This document shows positions 13,101 to 25,100 of a stretch of DNA of 64,000 nt, one piece after another. Made by a program: the position numbers and the translations under genes. The DNA lies in contig NMRA01000099.1 in assembly GCA_002633005.1 (NCBI GenBank), positions 761,633 to 825,632 on the forward strand, given 5' to 3'. The notes below the pieces were generated by a model. That model was not told the DNA's origin and did no database searches. It saw only the letters and a list, made by a program, of their open reading frames with translations. The first letter of the stretch is position 1. Every line of letters starts with the position of its first letter. Source of the DNA: Phoronis australis (taxonomy: Eukaryota > Animalia > Phoronida).

Positions 13101-16100
13101 CGCACCTAATTCCTGATTGCAGTGCTTTTCAACTCAGGAAATTTGTTTACTTGTTTTCCGTACAGGTGCAGGTGGATATCCCTTAGTATGTTTGTTTCTT
13201 ACGATGCGTTTCGCCCTGTTAGTTGGTTAAAAAATGAAAATAGAGTTTGGGATTTTGGCTTTCACGTTCATAAAATCAGTCTCATAACATTATGTACTGT
13301 GCTTCCGTTTCCAATTCAAGTCACAGGCAATGCATACATGTACCATTTTTGAATTCACAATTTCATGATTGGTCAACCCAATTAAGTTAGTCTGAAATGT
13401 TTTCTCGGGTCACTAAAGATTTCAATGCTCTAGTTCTGTGGAAATACAATGGTATCTAGTGAGGAACATTATGGGGCCGATTTTAAGAAAGGAGGCCAGC
13501 TAAACAGGATGAAATGCAACCTTAAACTACCTATTTGCTGTCAATTCTCTGTTCTTTATTTCATTTATTAGTTATCACGGCGACGTCTACCATTTTATAA
13601 TGGATAAGTCGGCTTTTCCTCAAATAACATTTTAAAAATTTTGCTCTTTGGTTATGCTCAAGTGGTTCTCATGTAGGTGTAGATGCCTGATTCTGTACTT
13701 AGCAACAACTTCAAATATATGCGCATGGGCCTAAAAACTCGCACATACAAGAAAAAATAACAATTGATAATAGTTCCTTAGTTTTATACCATAATTAGTG
13801 TGTTTTGATGTTACCTAATTATGTTTTTGAGGGTCTTTACCATGGATTTCTGTCATACCATGGTGTTACGTACAAATTACTTAGGGTTCGAAATTCAACA
13901 AGTGTGTTTGTGTTAATTTTTTAAATTAAAAATGTGCTTACAGGTTAAGTTTACATCACAATTTTAGTGTCTCAAATTAAGGAAGCTCTGTACAATAGTG
14001 ATAATGCACTCAAATGTTTGTGTTTCTTGGTATTACTTAATGTTGCTTGCCAGCACTTAATTACCACGGCAACTTTAGTATTGATTATGCAGAGAGCTGA
14101 TGAGTGATATTCTAAGAAGCTTTGAAATGTGTCCTGCGGCTTTGAATACAGATAGCTGCACCAAGCAGAAACTGTTTCTCATGTGAATTAATTATGCGCA
14201 GACAGTTAGTTTTCTGTGAGCTTGAGTGGAGATGAATCAGAGGGAGCTGTTTTGGAAAATTTATACCAGGAGTGAAATTTAATCCGCTTGCTATAGCTCT
14301 GCTGCTCTTGAATGTGAAATTGAACAGACAGTTGTACTCCATGTTGTGAGAAGCTTTTCTCTGCAGTCTGGTTGGCATTAGGGGAAACACTGGAACCAGA
14401 GTGTAAGTAGTCATCTGGTGTTGTTATCTAATAGTCTGTCAGCCTGGGTCTGTGGAGGGATCAGTGTTCTGTCTGAGAGGCCTGTGTGAGTGAGTGTGTG
14501 TTCACAACTCAGAAAAACACACAAAGGGATTGAGGACTGTTACAGGCTTTGTGCACTGAAGGATGTATTGATTGATCAGAGAGCAGGTTGATCAGAGAGC
14601 AGGTTTATCTTAGTGTACTGTGAACTTCAGACAACTGCAGCTGAGACAAGGTGAGGAGTGTGGTTTGTTCAGCTGCTCTGTCTGTGGAGTGCTACTGTTG
14701 CTGCTGCAGTGTGTGTTGGCTGTGGATTGATTGTATATTCAGTTACTGCACTATCAGTTGAGCTATGAGTTCAGACAATATGCTGTTTCACAGTGGTTTG
14801 AGGGGCATTTACTAGGTTAATGTAATTTTAAAAGTTTATTGGCAACAACAAACTGGCTCCTAGCTATTGTGTTATTGTCTGTTTCACTGGGTGTAGGAAG
14901 CAATGCTTAGTGCCAAGCTCTGACAAAGCCAGTGCACATGTTAAACAAAGGTAAGCACATTGAGTTGGCTGGGAGCTGGGATTCAGAATATGTTGTATCC
15001 TAGCTAGGGGATACAGAACCTTATTTGAGGCACTCAAGTTTAAAAGATGAAATGATAATTTAGAGATGTCCATGCTTGGTTCAAAATATCATACGGAGTG
15101 ATTTTACTTCAATTTTGCAGATGGATTGTCAGAGTTCTAAAATGGAACAAAAACAGGAATCTAGTGTAATCTTCTTCATTGATACGGTCACAGGGAATTT
15201 GTGATAGTAAACACCAGAGATGGAGCTAATATGATTGTGGAAATTTTTGGAAGTTGATTTTACGATTGGATCTCAAGTTTGGAATGCCAGTAATGACTAT
15301 AGTCGGAAACAACGTGCCCGTATTTTGAGAACCAGTTTGATGCCCGTTATTCAGTGGAGAAAACTGAATGGTTTTCAAAATTCAGGCACAGTTATATCTG
15401 ACCATATTACCCCTGTAACAGTACCTGAAGTTTGAATGGTGTAACCTTAAAGCAAACTTGTGTAATATGCTAAGTATGCCAGTATGCCATAAAACCAAAT
15501 GTTAAACAAATCTGTCTGGCCCTCTAGACCAAACAGAGCTGCCCTGTTTTGTTACATGAGACTGCTCTGATACAGCTACAATACTAGTATCTCAGAGATT
15601 CGGTTCAGTTGCTGTGCAACCTTGGTTTGTAATGTATTGGAGTAGTCTTTCTCTCTGTTCTTATTCAGATTTCCCTGATTTAATATTCCAGGCTGGGCTT
15701 TGTTATTCTATAGTTTTGACAACTATTACAATTGAGGTTAGGAGTAGGTGACAACTATGGCCTCATGTTTCAAAACAGGAGATAATCGTATTCACCAAGG
15801 AAACTAGTTTTCTTCTCTGCCCTGACTGAAATGCTACAGTGAGCATTAGTTGTCAATTTCCCAGTGTGTGATAAATAATGTCATGTTTACCCCTAAATGA
15901 GCTTGTCCTAAACACTGTATGAAGTGAAAGGACAAATTCTGTTATCTAAGTGTTTAAGGATATCTCAAACCTTATTCACAAAAATGGCCATTTTTACAAT
16001 ATTTCACATATGTCTAGCAAAATACCTTATCTTCATCCTCGGAGAACTTCAGATACGAAATATATACCGTGTAGCAAGAAAAAAAATTTAGCAGAACTAC

Positions 16101-19100
16101 CTTGGAATGACACAACCGCGTGGAAATTTGTTACTACTTATCCAAGGTCAAAGGTTACATGGCTGTCACTCAAATGGTATCTCCCACCAGGCACGGAGTA
16201 GATCCTTATGTACCTCACTCCTTTCATTTACGGAGTCGCCATAATATTGCGTCAACGACGGGTACATATGATGGAAAGATGCCAGGGAAACGAAGGCAAA
16301 ACTAAGCCGTGATCCTGAGAGAGTTGTGTGTCTGCATGCATACGACTGTTGAGAATGAATGCTGCGAGTCGCCACACACCTCTGTGACTTAGTGTTCACG
16401 GACACTGAAAAGAGATAAATCATCACTCAAATTCCTTAACTCAGTTAATTTGACATTTCACGGTTTCCATCTCATGCTCAGGATGTGCTTTAACCACCGA
16501 CCAGGTTTCTTAATCCATTTTGTTCTTGGGTTCCATACCAGTGTGTGTCTAACAATGAACTATTGACCTACTTTAAAGTCGACCACAGTGCAGCAGCTTG
16601 ACCACTTAGTTGTCTCTGTCCTTTACCTAGTTGGACACGATGCACTGGATATCGACTTGGTTTAAACGAAACGTTTTTGTGATAAATAAGTTAATTATGC
16701 ACAGCAAATTCAGTTGACATTGCGCGTGAAATCTGAAATAATGAACATGGCTAAGGGTTGTATAGGTTATTTTGACCACAATAACTTTTCACCCAATAAT
16801 TAACTGAAGAACTTGAGACTCACTTCACACGATTTAATCATTTTTTCTCTGCCTCGGCAAATGAACTTAATTTGAACTTGGGAACACGGATGGATTTCGC
16901 TGTATCTTTCCAAACTTAATATTTATTCTTCAATCTCAAAAATGCTGCTAGGATTTTTTCGATACAGAGGCCTAGTTTTTGCGTAATGTAACAAAGACGA
17001 ATACAACAGTTTTTTTTACAAAAATACCTTATGTTTTGCAAGTTGATTTGTCATAGAAACCAAAGGAAAAGATTAATCGAAAATTCTCAACAGTGAGGTA
17101 ACTGGTGAAGTTTTCATTTTAAAAAGGTTTCATTAAAATCGACCGTCAAAAGGGGTCATTTTGCTATGGATGTACCTTTCTTAGAAATGAAATTTTGACT
17201 TGAAAAGGTGTTAATGTAATAATGATAATGGTACATAAATATATAACATATTTTTATATTTTCTGATCTTTTCTTTCAGAAAATGTGTACTTTTACTGGT
17301 TGACAAAGCCTAGTTTTTTATATACGAATTAGAATAGAGCCCATATTTGTGATTTTTCTGCTGATACGGTTGCAGGTTGCACGATACACAACAAAAATAA
17401 TCGGACCAAATACTATTCTTGTGTCATGACGGCTATTTAGGTAAACAACAAAAATGACTTGTAATAACTATTAGGACAGCAAAAATCTAACCCCAAATGG
17501 TTTTAGACCCTTTGCTAACTGCCCCCTTCATTCCCATGGGGGAAAGCTATACTCTGCTACTGAATTTGGCTTCCACCCGCCCGGTATGACTGGGAATTCT
17601 ATGTCATATTGTCTGAATACTTTTGGCTTGTACATTTGATGGGAGTGAGACTGGTGTTCGGACAAAACTTTTCGAGCTAAAGTTAGCCATATTTAAAATT
17701 GTACAAAGCAAATTGGGAGTGTGCAGACCAGCCTTAAATGTGGATGCAGCCATTATTGACGTTATGTTGAGTAAAAATCCGTGGATGTGCATGTTTCTGT
17801 GTTAACTGTTCCCATGACAAGTACTTACTATTCATGGAAGAGTACAATGTGATGTGGAAGGAGCAACAAAAGGCCCCAATGTTGGTTCTACTTTCTGTGA
17901 GCAAACATAACAATTGTCCCACTTGCTATTGAACACAGTCTGTGCAGGTCATTCATGTTTGCTCAATGAAAGTGAATGTTGCACCAAGGTGGGTCCTTCT
18001 GCTGAGCCATTGATAGTAAACACATATCAAGTGAGCAATAATAAACATGGGCATGCCCTGAGAATTGCGGTTGCAGACCTTGCTACAACAAGACTAGGCT
18101 AGGTGAGGTGCTTTACCCTAGCCCCACCTAGCAGCAAGTCAAGGTTTATTCATAAACACATGCCTGAGTTAATTGAGCATGTAAATCCACCAGTTTGGGA
18201 AAGGTACCAAAACTGTTACTTTCCCTTTCATACCCCAATTTCCGGATGCCAGAAGAGTTGTTCTATCAGTAACTGATTGCCACTAGCAGTTTTATAATCC
18301 CAAAACAAGTTTTAATCTTGCTCAGGAAACTGTTAGTTCATTTAAGCATGTCCACTTCCTGATATGCAGGCAAATGCTTTCAAACCAAAAACTGATGTGA
18401 AAGCAGCCATACCCTTGAAAATGCAGCGATAATTAAAGGCTTCTTAACAAAGGCCTGACTGTCAGTATATGTTTCCTTTGGGGGTTCTGGTAACAAAAGT
18501 AAACGAAAATGCCAGCAGTTTGGGGGTAACTCAAACTGCCAGCAAAGTGCCAGTGTAATTAACATTATTACTGGCATTTTTGCTACTGGCAGAAGTGCTG
18601 GTGAAATACCGTTTTAACCCATTTGTGAGTGGAGTGCACACTGTCTCATTTTCACTAAATGATACAAATGGATATAGATATTTATGAATATAATTGTACA
18701 TACATACATGCATGCATGTACACCTATATTATTTTCATAAATATCTATATCCATTTGTAACATTTAGTGAAAATGAGACAGTGTGCATGCAACAATGACC
18801 GGATTGGAAACTGTGTTTAATAAAAGTGAACCATACAGAAGGTATAATGGAAGAAACATTGGATGTTTAGTCAGGACTTGCACCTGGTCGACTCTTTCAT
18901 TAACTGGCATTGTGGGGCAATGAACGCGTAGTAAATAGTGGTACAGTTTGTTGGTATAGTGGGACATTGTGGAGGTATATTCTGGAAATTGTGGTGGAAT
19001 TTGTGAGTGTTAAGTAAGATGCAGCCGGGACCTAGTGAGATGATTTAGATTGGTCTCACTACGACGTGGAGTGTTTCGGATAATAGGTTGACAGAACTAA

Positions 19101-22100
19101 GCTGTCGTTACATGGGGAATAGTTGTCATGGTGCAACTTGCTCCACTTTAGTCGCATTTACACGACATAAGATCGGAAACTGGATCAGCATGAGTCATTT
19201 ATACGAAGACTGTCTGCGCACGCTCGCATAAACAATAGCGAGCGTCCAAACTATGTGAAATGTCAGGGAATCACCCTTACATACGCTATTGTGCAAGTGC
19301 ATTGAAAAGTTATCCCTTTCCACCCTGTCCCAGTTGTGTTTAGACGTGTAGTTGACACTGGTGCATCTGACCTAGTGCTACTCGCTCTACCTCTCAAACC
19401 AGTGTCAAAAATAGCCGCCGCAGTCTCAACTTCATCAGTGACACCAGAAACTGTTTGTCACTGAAGCCGCATTTACATGGGAGACAACTGCCACGGAGCA
19501 ACTAACTCCAACAGCTGATCGGGTGCAAGTGTGTGTGTGTGTAAACACGACTGGCACGGAGTAAGTCAACACCACGTCGGCCATTTTTGACACCGATTTG
19601 AGAGTTACATAAGCGAGTTGCACGTGATCAGTTGCTCCAGTGTCAACTACATGTCTAAACAAACACAACTAGGGCAAGGTGGAAAGGGATCACCTTTCAA
19701 TGCACTTGCGCAATCATAGCACCAGGTGGAGCTACTGGCATTCCACTTGATTTGGGCATTCGTTATTGTTTATGCCAGCATACATAAACAGTCTTTTTAA
19801 ATGACTCATGCTGATCCAGTTTGCGATCTAATGTCATGTAAATGTGTCATAAGTGTAGGAAGTTGCACCGTGACATCTCGCACAGTGACAACTGTTGCTC
19901 GTGTAAAAATAGCTTGAGATGGTGGAAATTCAGTGAATGAAAATGCTGTTCCGAAAACTACGACATTGTCTGAAGTAATTTTGAAACGGTTACAGTTAAA
20001 GTTTCACAGAAAACTGTGAAGACCCAATGATATTTACTGAATCCTCTTTCAGGCCAGTACAATGAGAAATAGACAATTTATTTTTTGAACAATCACTAAT
20101 GTTATGAAAATGGAAATGAGATGGGCCTTTGTGTGCATTTGGGCCTTAGAACTTATAGCGTGTGGTTTTAGCGCCAGGAATTAAAAATGTAATATTAGTT
20201 TGGCTTTAAGTTCATGCCTACTGAGCCGACATGAAGCTACGCATGTTTGTCTTTCCTACAGTTAAAAATGATAGACAGTGGGATATGGGTTTAATCAGTC
20301 AACCAGCTCACTTGAAAGCCTACTCCAGCCTTCAATAGCAGATCATGATCACTGCCTAAGGTCTTGATTGATTTTGCAGAACCGACTGTCTAAGCTGTTT
20401 AAGGTTCACGGTATTCCATCTCTAATCTTTGTCGATGGTAAGACGGGCAAGGCTATATGTCAGGACGGCCGACCGAAAGTCATGGAGACCACCAACTGGG
20501 ATCAGTTTCCGTGGCCACCCAAGCCTTTCCAGGAACTTGTCAATGGTGAGCTTCTGAAGCAGGAAGGACGAGTCTCATCAGATGTTCTCAGCAACAAATA
20601 TGTCGGACTATACTTCTCAGCTCATTGGGTAAGTTTCAACGTTTTTATTTTCATGATTAGATAGCACAGTACCTGCTTCCAACATTAAATGTGGGCAGAT
20701 CTATAATTAATGTTACGGTTGTTATTAATAACATGAAGTATAACTGTAATTGCTAATTGAACAAACTAGTGCTAATGATAGATCAAAATTATGACACATG
20801 AATAGTAGAATTTAGATTCATGCATGGTATTGCTCTGAATCTTACCAGAGCTACGTATGAAATTCGAGACTGCAGTTGTAAGAAGGGTCATATTAGAGTA
20901 GGTGTTATTGTTGTTACATCAAAGAGCAACAAGACCTTGCCATGGCTTTTATGAAGTGATGCTATGATAGCAAGTATTTGCACTGGATTTGCAATCTCAG
21001 TCGCATGTAGACGGCAGTGGTAATGTAACGGGAAAATATGGGTGTTGTGAAATCGCAGCATTTTAGGACACAGTGTATTGGGATGGGTTTAGTATTCTAA
21101 GAGGGCCGTTGAGTTGAGGGGGGCGGTGTTATTAAGGTTAAATGTTTTGGTTGCATAAGATGACTTTACTACTGTTCTTCCTGCTCTAAACGTTTTGCCA
21201 ACCAGTGGCAGTTAACAGTGCTAGTGCTCAGTACTGTGAATTAATCCCTTGAGATTATTGAAAATCTCATAATAAGCCATTTAGTAATTAGCATCTAGAT
21301 TACTTCAAAGGTAGCTGAAGTTAAAACATGGGACAGTCTGAGCAGTGCATAGTCTGGGTGTTATATGGGTTTAGGTTAATATTAATGAAAGTTCTGGTCT
21401 TGGCACGAACACTGACATCCTGCGGATAAGATAGGCGAAGACTAATGGTAGTGCCTAATCTAAGGTGATCATCACTTTGAAGTCTATTCTTTAAATAGTT
21501 AACATTAGCCGCATTTGCACAAGAGGTGAGGCACACTTGACACAGAGCACCTGACACGGAACAGCTGATCAGGACTGAGCCAGTACGTGTGTAGGTACGA
21601 CTGGCATAGAGCAAACTGACACGGCGGTGGCCATTTTTGTCTCTGGTTTGAGAGGTAGAATAAGTTGTACTAGATCAGTTGCTCTAAGTGTCAACTACAT
21701 GGCAAAACACCAACTGGAGCAAGGTGGAAGCGATCGTATTATATTGCGCTTGTGCAGTAACTTAAGTATGGGTGATCTCGTTGTTTTGGACGTTCACCGT
21801 TGTTTATCTGAACATGCGTAGACTGTCTTCGTGTAATTGACTTCTTTGCTGATGAATGTTGTGTAAATGAGACAGAAGTGGAGCTACTCGCGCCGTAACA
21901 ACTTGCGCCGTGTCAAGTGTTCCTCGTTGAAAAATACTGCTATTGCTTCTGAAAAGGTCTGCGTGATGTCATTTCCTGTAAAACTTTTGAGATGCAGTAG
22001 GTGAATGTTTAATCAAAGTCTGTGCACTCTCCCCTGGTGGCTAATTAGAATGCACTTGCTATAGCATTAGTGAAAATGTCTGCAACACATATTCACATTA

Positions 22101-25100
22101 ATTGATCATGTTAATTCATACATCCCTCTCCTTGCATTAATTTGCAGTGCTTAGGGAAACAATAATACCAGCTTGTGTGTACTAGTATAGGTTGTCATTG
22201 GTTGATTACTAATTCCTGCTGAGTCGGTCTTTTAAGGTTTTCTCAAACCTTATTTAGTGGCCTCCATTCTAACTCATATATCAAAAAACTAAGCTTTGTC
22301 AACAAGTGATGTGTACATTTTGTGAAAGAAAAAAGATCCGGGAATATATGAATATTTTTTGTATTCATGCACCATTATTATTATTACGTCAACACCTTTT
22401 TAAGTCAAAATTTCATTTTTAAAGAAAGGTACATTCATAGGAAAATAACCCCTCAGTAGATTATAATGAAACCTTTTTTAAATGAAAACTTCACCAGTTA
22501 CCTCCAAAACTCTGTTAGGAATTTTTTATTAGTATTTTCATTTGGTTTCTATGACAGTTCAACTCGCAAAACGTAAGGTATTGTTGTAAAAAATAGAAGT
22601 TCTATTTGTCTTTGTTACATTACATAAAAATTAGTTCTTTATATCGAAAATCCTACCAGAGTTTTTGAGATTGATGGCTAAATATTAAGTTTGGAAAGTT
22701 TCAGCGAAATCCATTAAGCCGTTTTCGAGAACTCGTGTTCCGTATTTCAAATAAAGTGGATTTGCCGAAGCTGAGAAAAAGTCGATTAAACTGAGACAAG
22801 TCTTCGGTTAATTATTTGGTGAAAACTTGTTTTCGGTATGTATAACTTATACAAGCCTTAACTATGTTAGCTATTTCAACATTCACTCGCAGTGTCAACT
22901 GAATTTGCAATGCGTAATTAACTTAATTATCATTAAAACGTACCGTCTCCACCGAAGAGCTGGGATCATCTGTTACTGTCGTTTGGCCTACTTAAAAGCA
23001 GGTCACAGTTCATTGTTATCCACATAGTTTGTACACATCACGTGCCGGGAGACTGTTACGAAACCAAATAAGAAATGGATAACAGTTATCGAATCGATGG
23101 TTAAAGCATGTCGTTAGCATGAGATCGAAACAGCAAAATGTCAGTTTACTACCGTTATTGAATTATGGAATTTGGGTGAGGATTTATCGCTTTTCAAAAC
23201 TTGCTGTTTGAGGGGACTCGTAGCATTTGTTCTCAATGCCAACGGTAGTATGCTCACAGACACTCAACTCCCTCATGATCAAAACTACGTTTTGTCTCTG
23301 TTTTCCCGGCACCATTCTATCATAAGTATACCTCGCTGACTCAATTTTATGGCGACTTGGTGAATGAAAGGACTGAGGGTGTACGAAGCTGTTCTGTACC
23401 TGGCGGGAGATTTGATTTGCGTGACAGCCCTGTAACCTTTGACCTCGGATAAGTAGTAAACAAATATCCACTTGGTTACGCAGTTCCAAGATCGTTCTGC
23501 TAAATCTTTTTTTCTGGCTACGCGGTATATATTTTGTATTTGAAGTTCCCTGAGAATGAAGATAAGATATTTTGCTAGACATATGTGAAATATTGTAAAA
23601 ATGGCCAATTTTTATGAGCCCACATATTTATATGTGGACGCGTCATTATGCCATCATCTTCGTCCGTCCGGCGTCCGCTGCTTTATCTCCAAAACCCTTT
23701 GACATAAGTTCATGAAATTTGGCACATATGTTCCATTCATGAATGCATGTGCGAACTTTCGGACGGATCCGACTACCGGTGTGCCCCCTAGTGGCAATTT
23801 TAGTTTTTACGCTTACCTTTGTATCTTCAAAAGTCCTGAACGGATTTTCATGAAATTTGGTATGTAGGCACCTATTAGTGAGATGACACTATCTTCTTGT
23901 TTTCAGATGGATTCAACATAGTTTGTGCCACCTAGTGGCCATTTTTACTGTTTTCGAGTCTTTATTTTTGCATCCACCCCTCTATCAACCAAACCGCTCA
24001 AAGGATGATTGTGAAAATTGGCGTGTATGTGCTTACTATAAAGAGGACAGCTGACAATGATTTTCAGACGATTTGGACTACTGTGGCGCCTCCTAGTGGC
24101 AGTTTTGTTTTTTTGCACCTATGGCTGTATCTCCTAAACCGTTCGCAGGATCTTTACGAAATTTAATAAGTGTATTTATATGATGTTAACAACAGACGAT
24201 GACGACTTTTGGACGGATCCGCCTACCAGTGTGCCCCCTAGTGGCAATTTTATTTTTTTACGTTTACCTCTGTATCTTCACAAGTCCTTAACGGATTTTC
24301 ATGAAATTTGATATGTAGGCACCTATTAGTGCGATGACGCTATCCTCCCGTTTTCGGATGGATTCGACGTAGTTTGCCACACCCAGTGGCCATTTTTACT
24401 GTTTTTAAGTCTGTTTTTTGGCGTCCACCCCTCTATCAACCAAACCGCTCTAAGTGTGATTGTGAAAACTGGCATGTATGTTCTTACTATGAAGAGGACG
24501 GTTGACGCTGTATTTCCCATGACTTTGATTACTGTGGCACCTCTTAGTGGCAGTTTTTTTTGCGCCCATGGCTGTATCTCCCAAACCGTTTGCAGGATCT
24601 TTACTAAATTTAGCAAGTGTATTTATGTGATGTTGACAACGGACGATGACTACTTTAGGATGATTCTGACTACCGGTATGCCTCTAGTGGCAATTTTAGT
24701 ATTTTACATTGACCTCTGTATTTTCAAAGGTCTTCAGGTGTATACTTTGTGTTATTTCGTGACTATGAAGGAAAAGTTCCAAGTAGAAATTTGTTTCTGG
24801 CATTCTTATGCTGTGCTAATCTCGTATGTTGGTAAATTCGTTTTTAATTCTATGTTTCTGTGGTACTTTAAGCAACTGATGTATAGGATGTGCTTGTATT
24901 ATGAAGATCACTCACATTTTGCTTCTAGCCTATTGAGGAGACAATGACCATGCCTTTTCATTTTGGAAAGTACAACATACTACATATATGCCCTCTACTG
25001 GCCACTTTATGGTACCAATAAACAACTCTAGAAGGATACCGTATACGGTGCAATTGTGGGCGCATTTCAACGCTCTGCGTTGCTCTTGTTGTGAATAAGG

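Noticed and set aside
24456-24947. 163-aa ORF and similar ORFs at 59522..60142
   Set aside because: Fall in HINE tandem core repeats; non-coding
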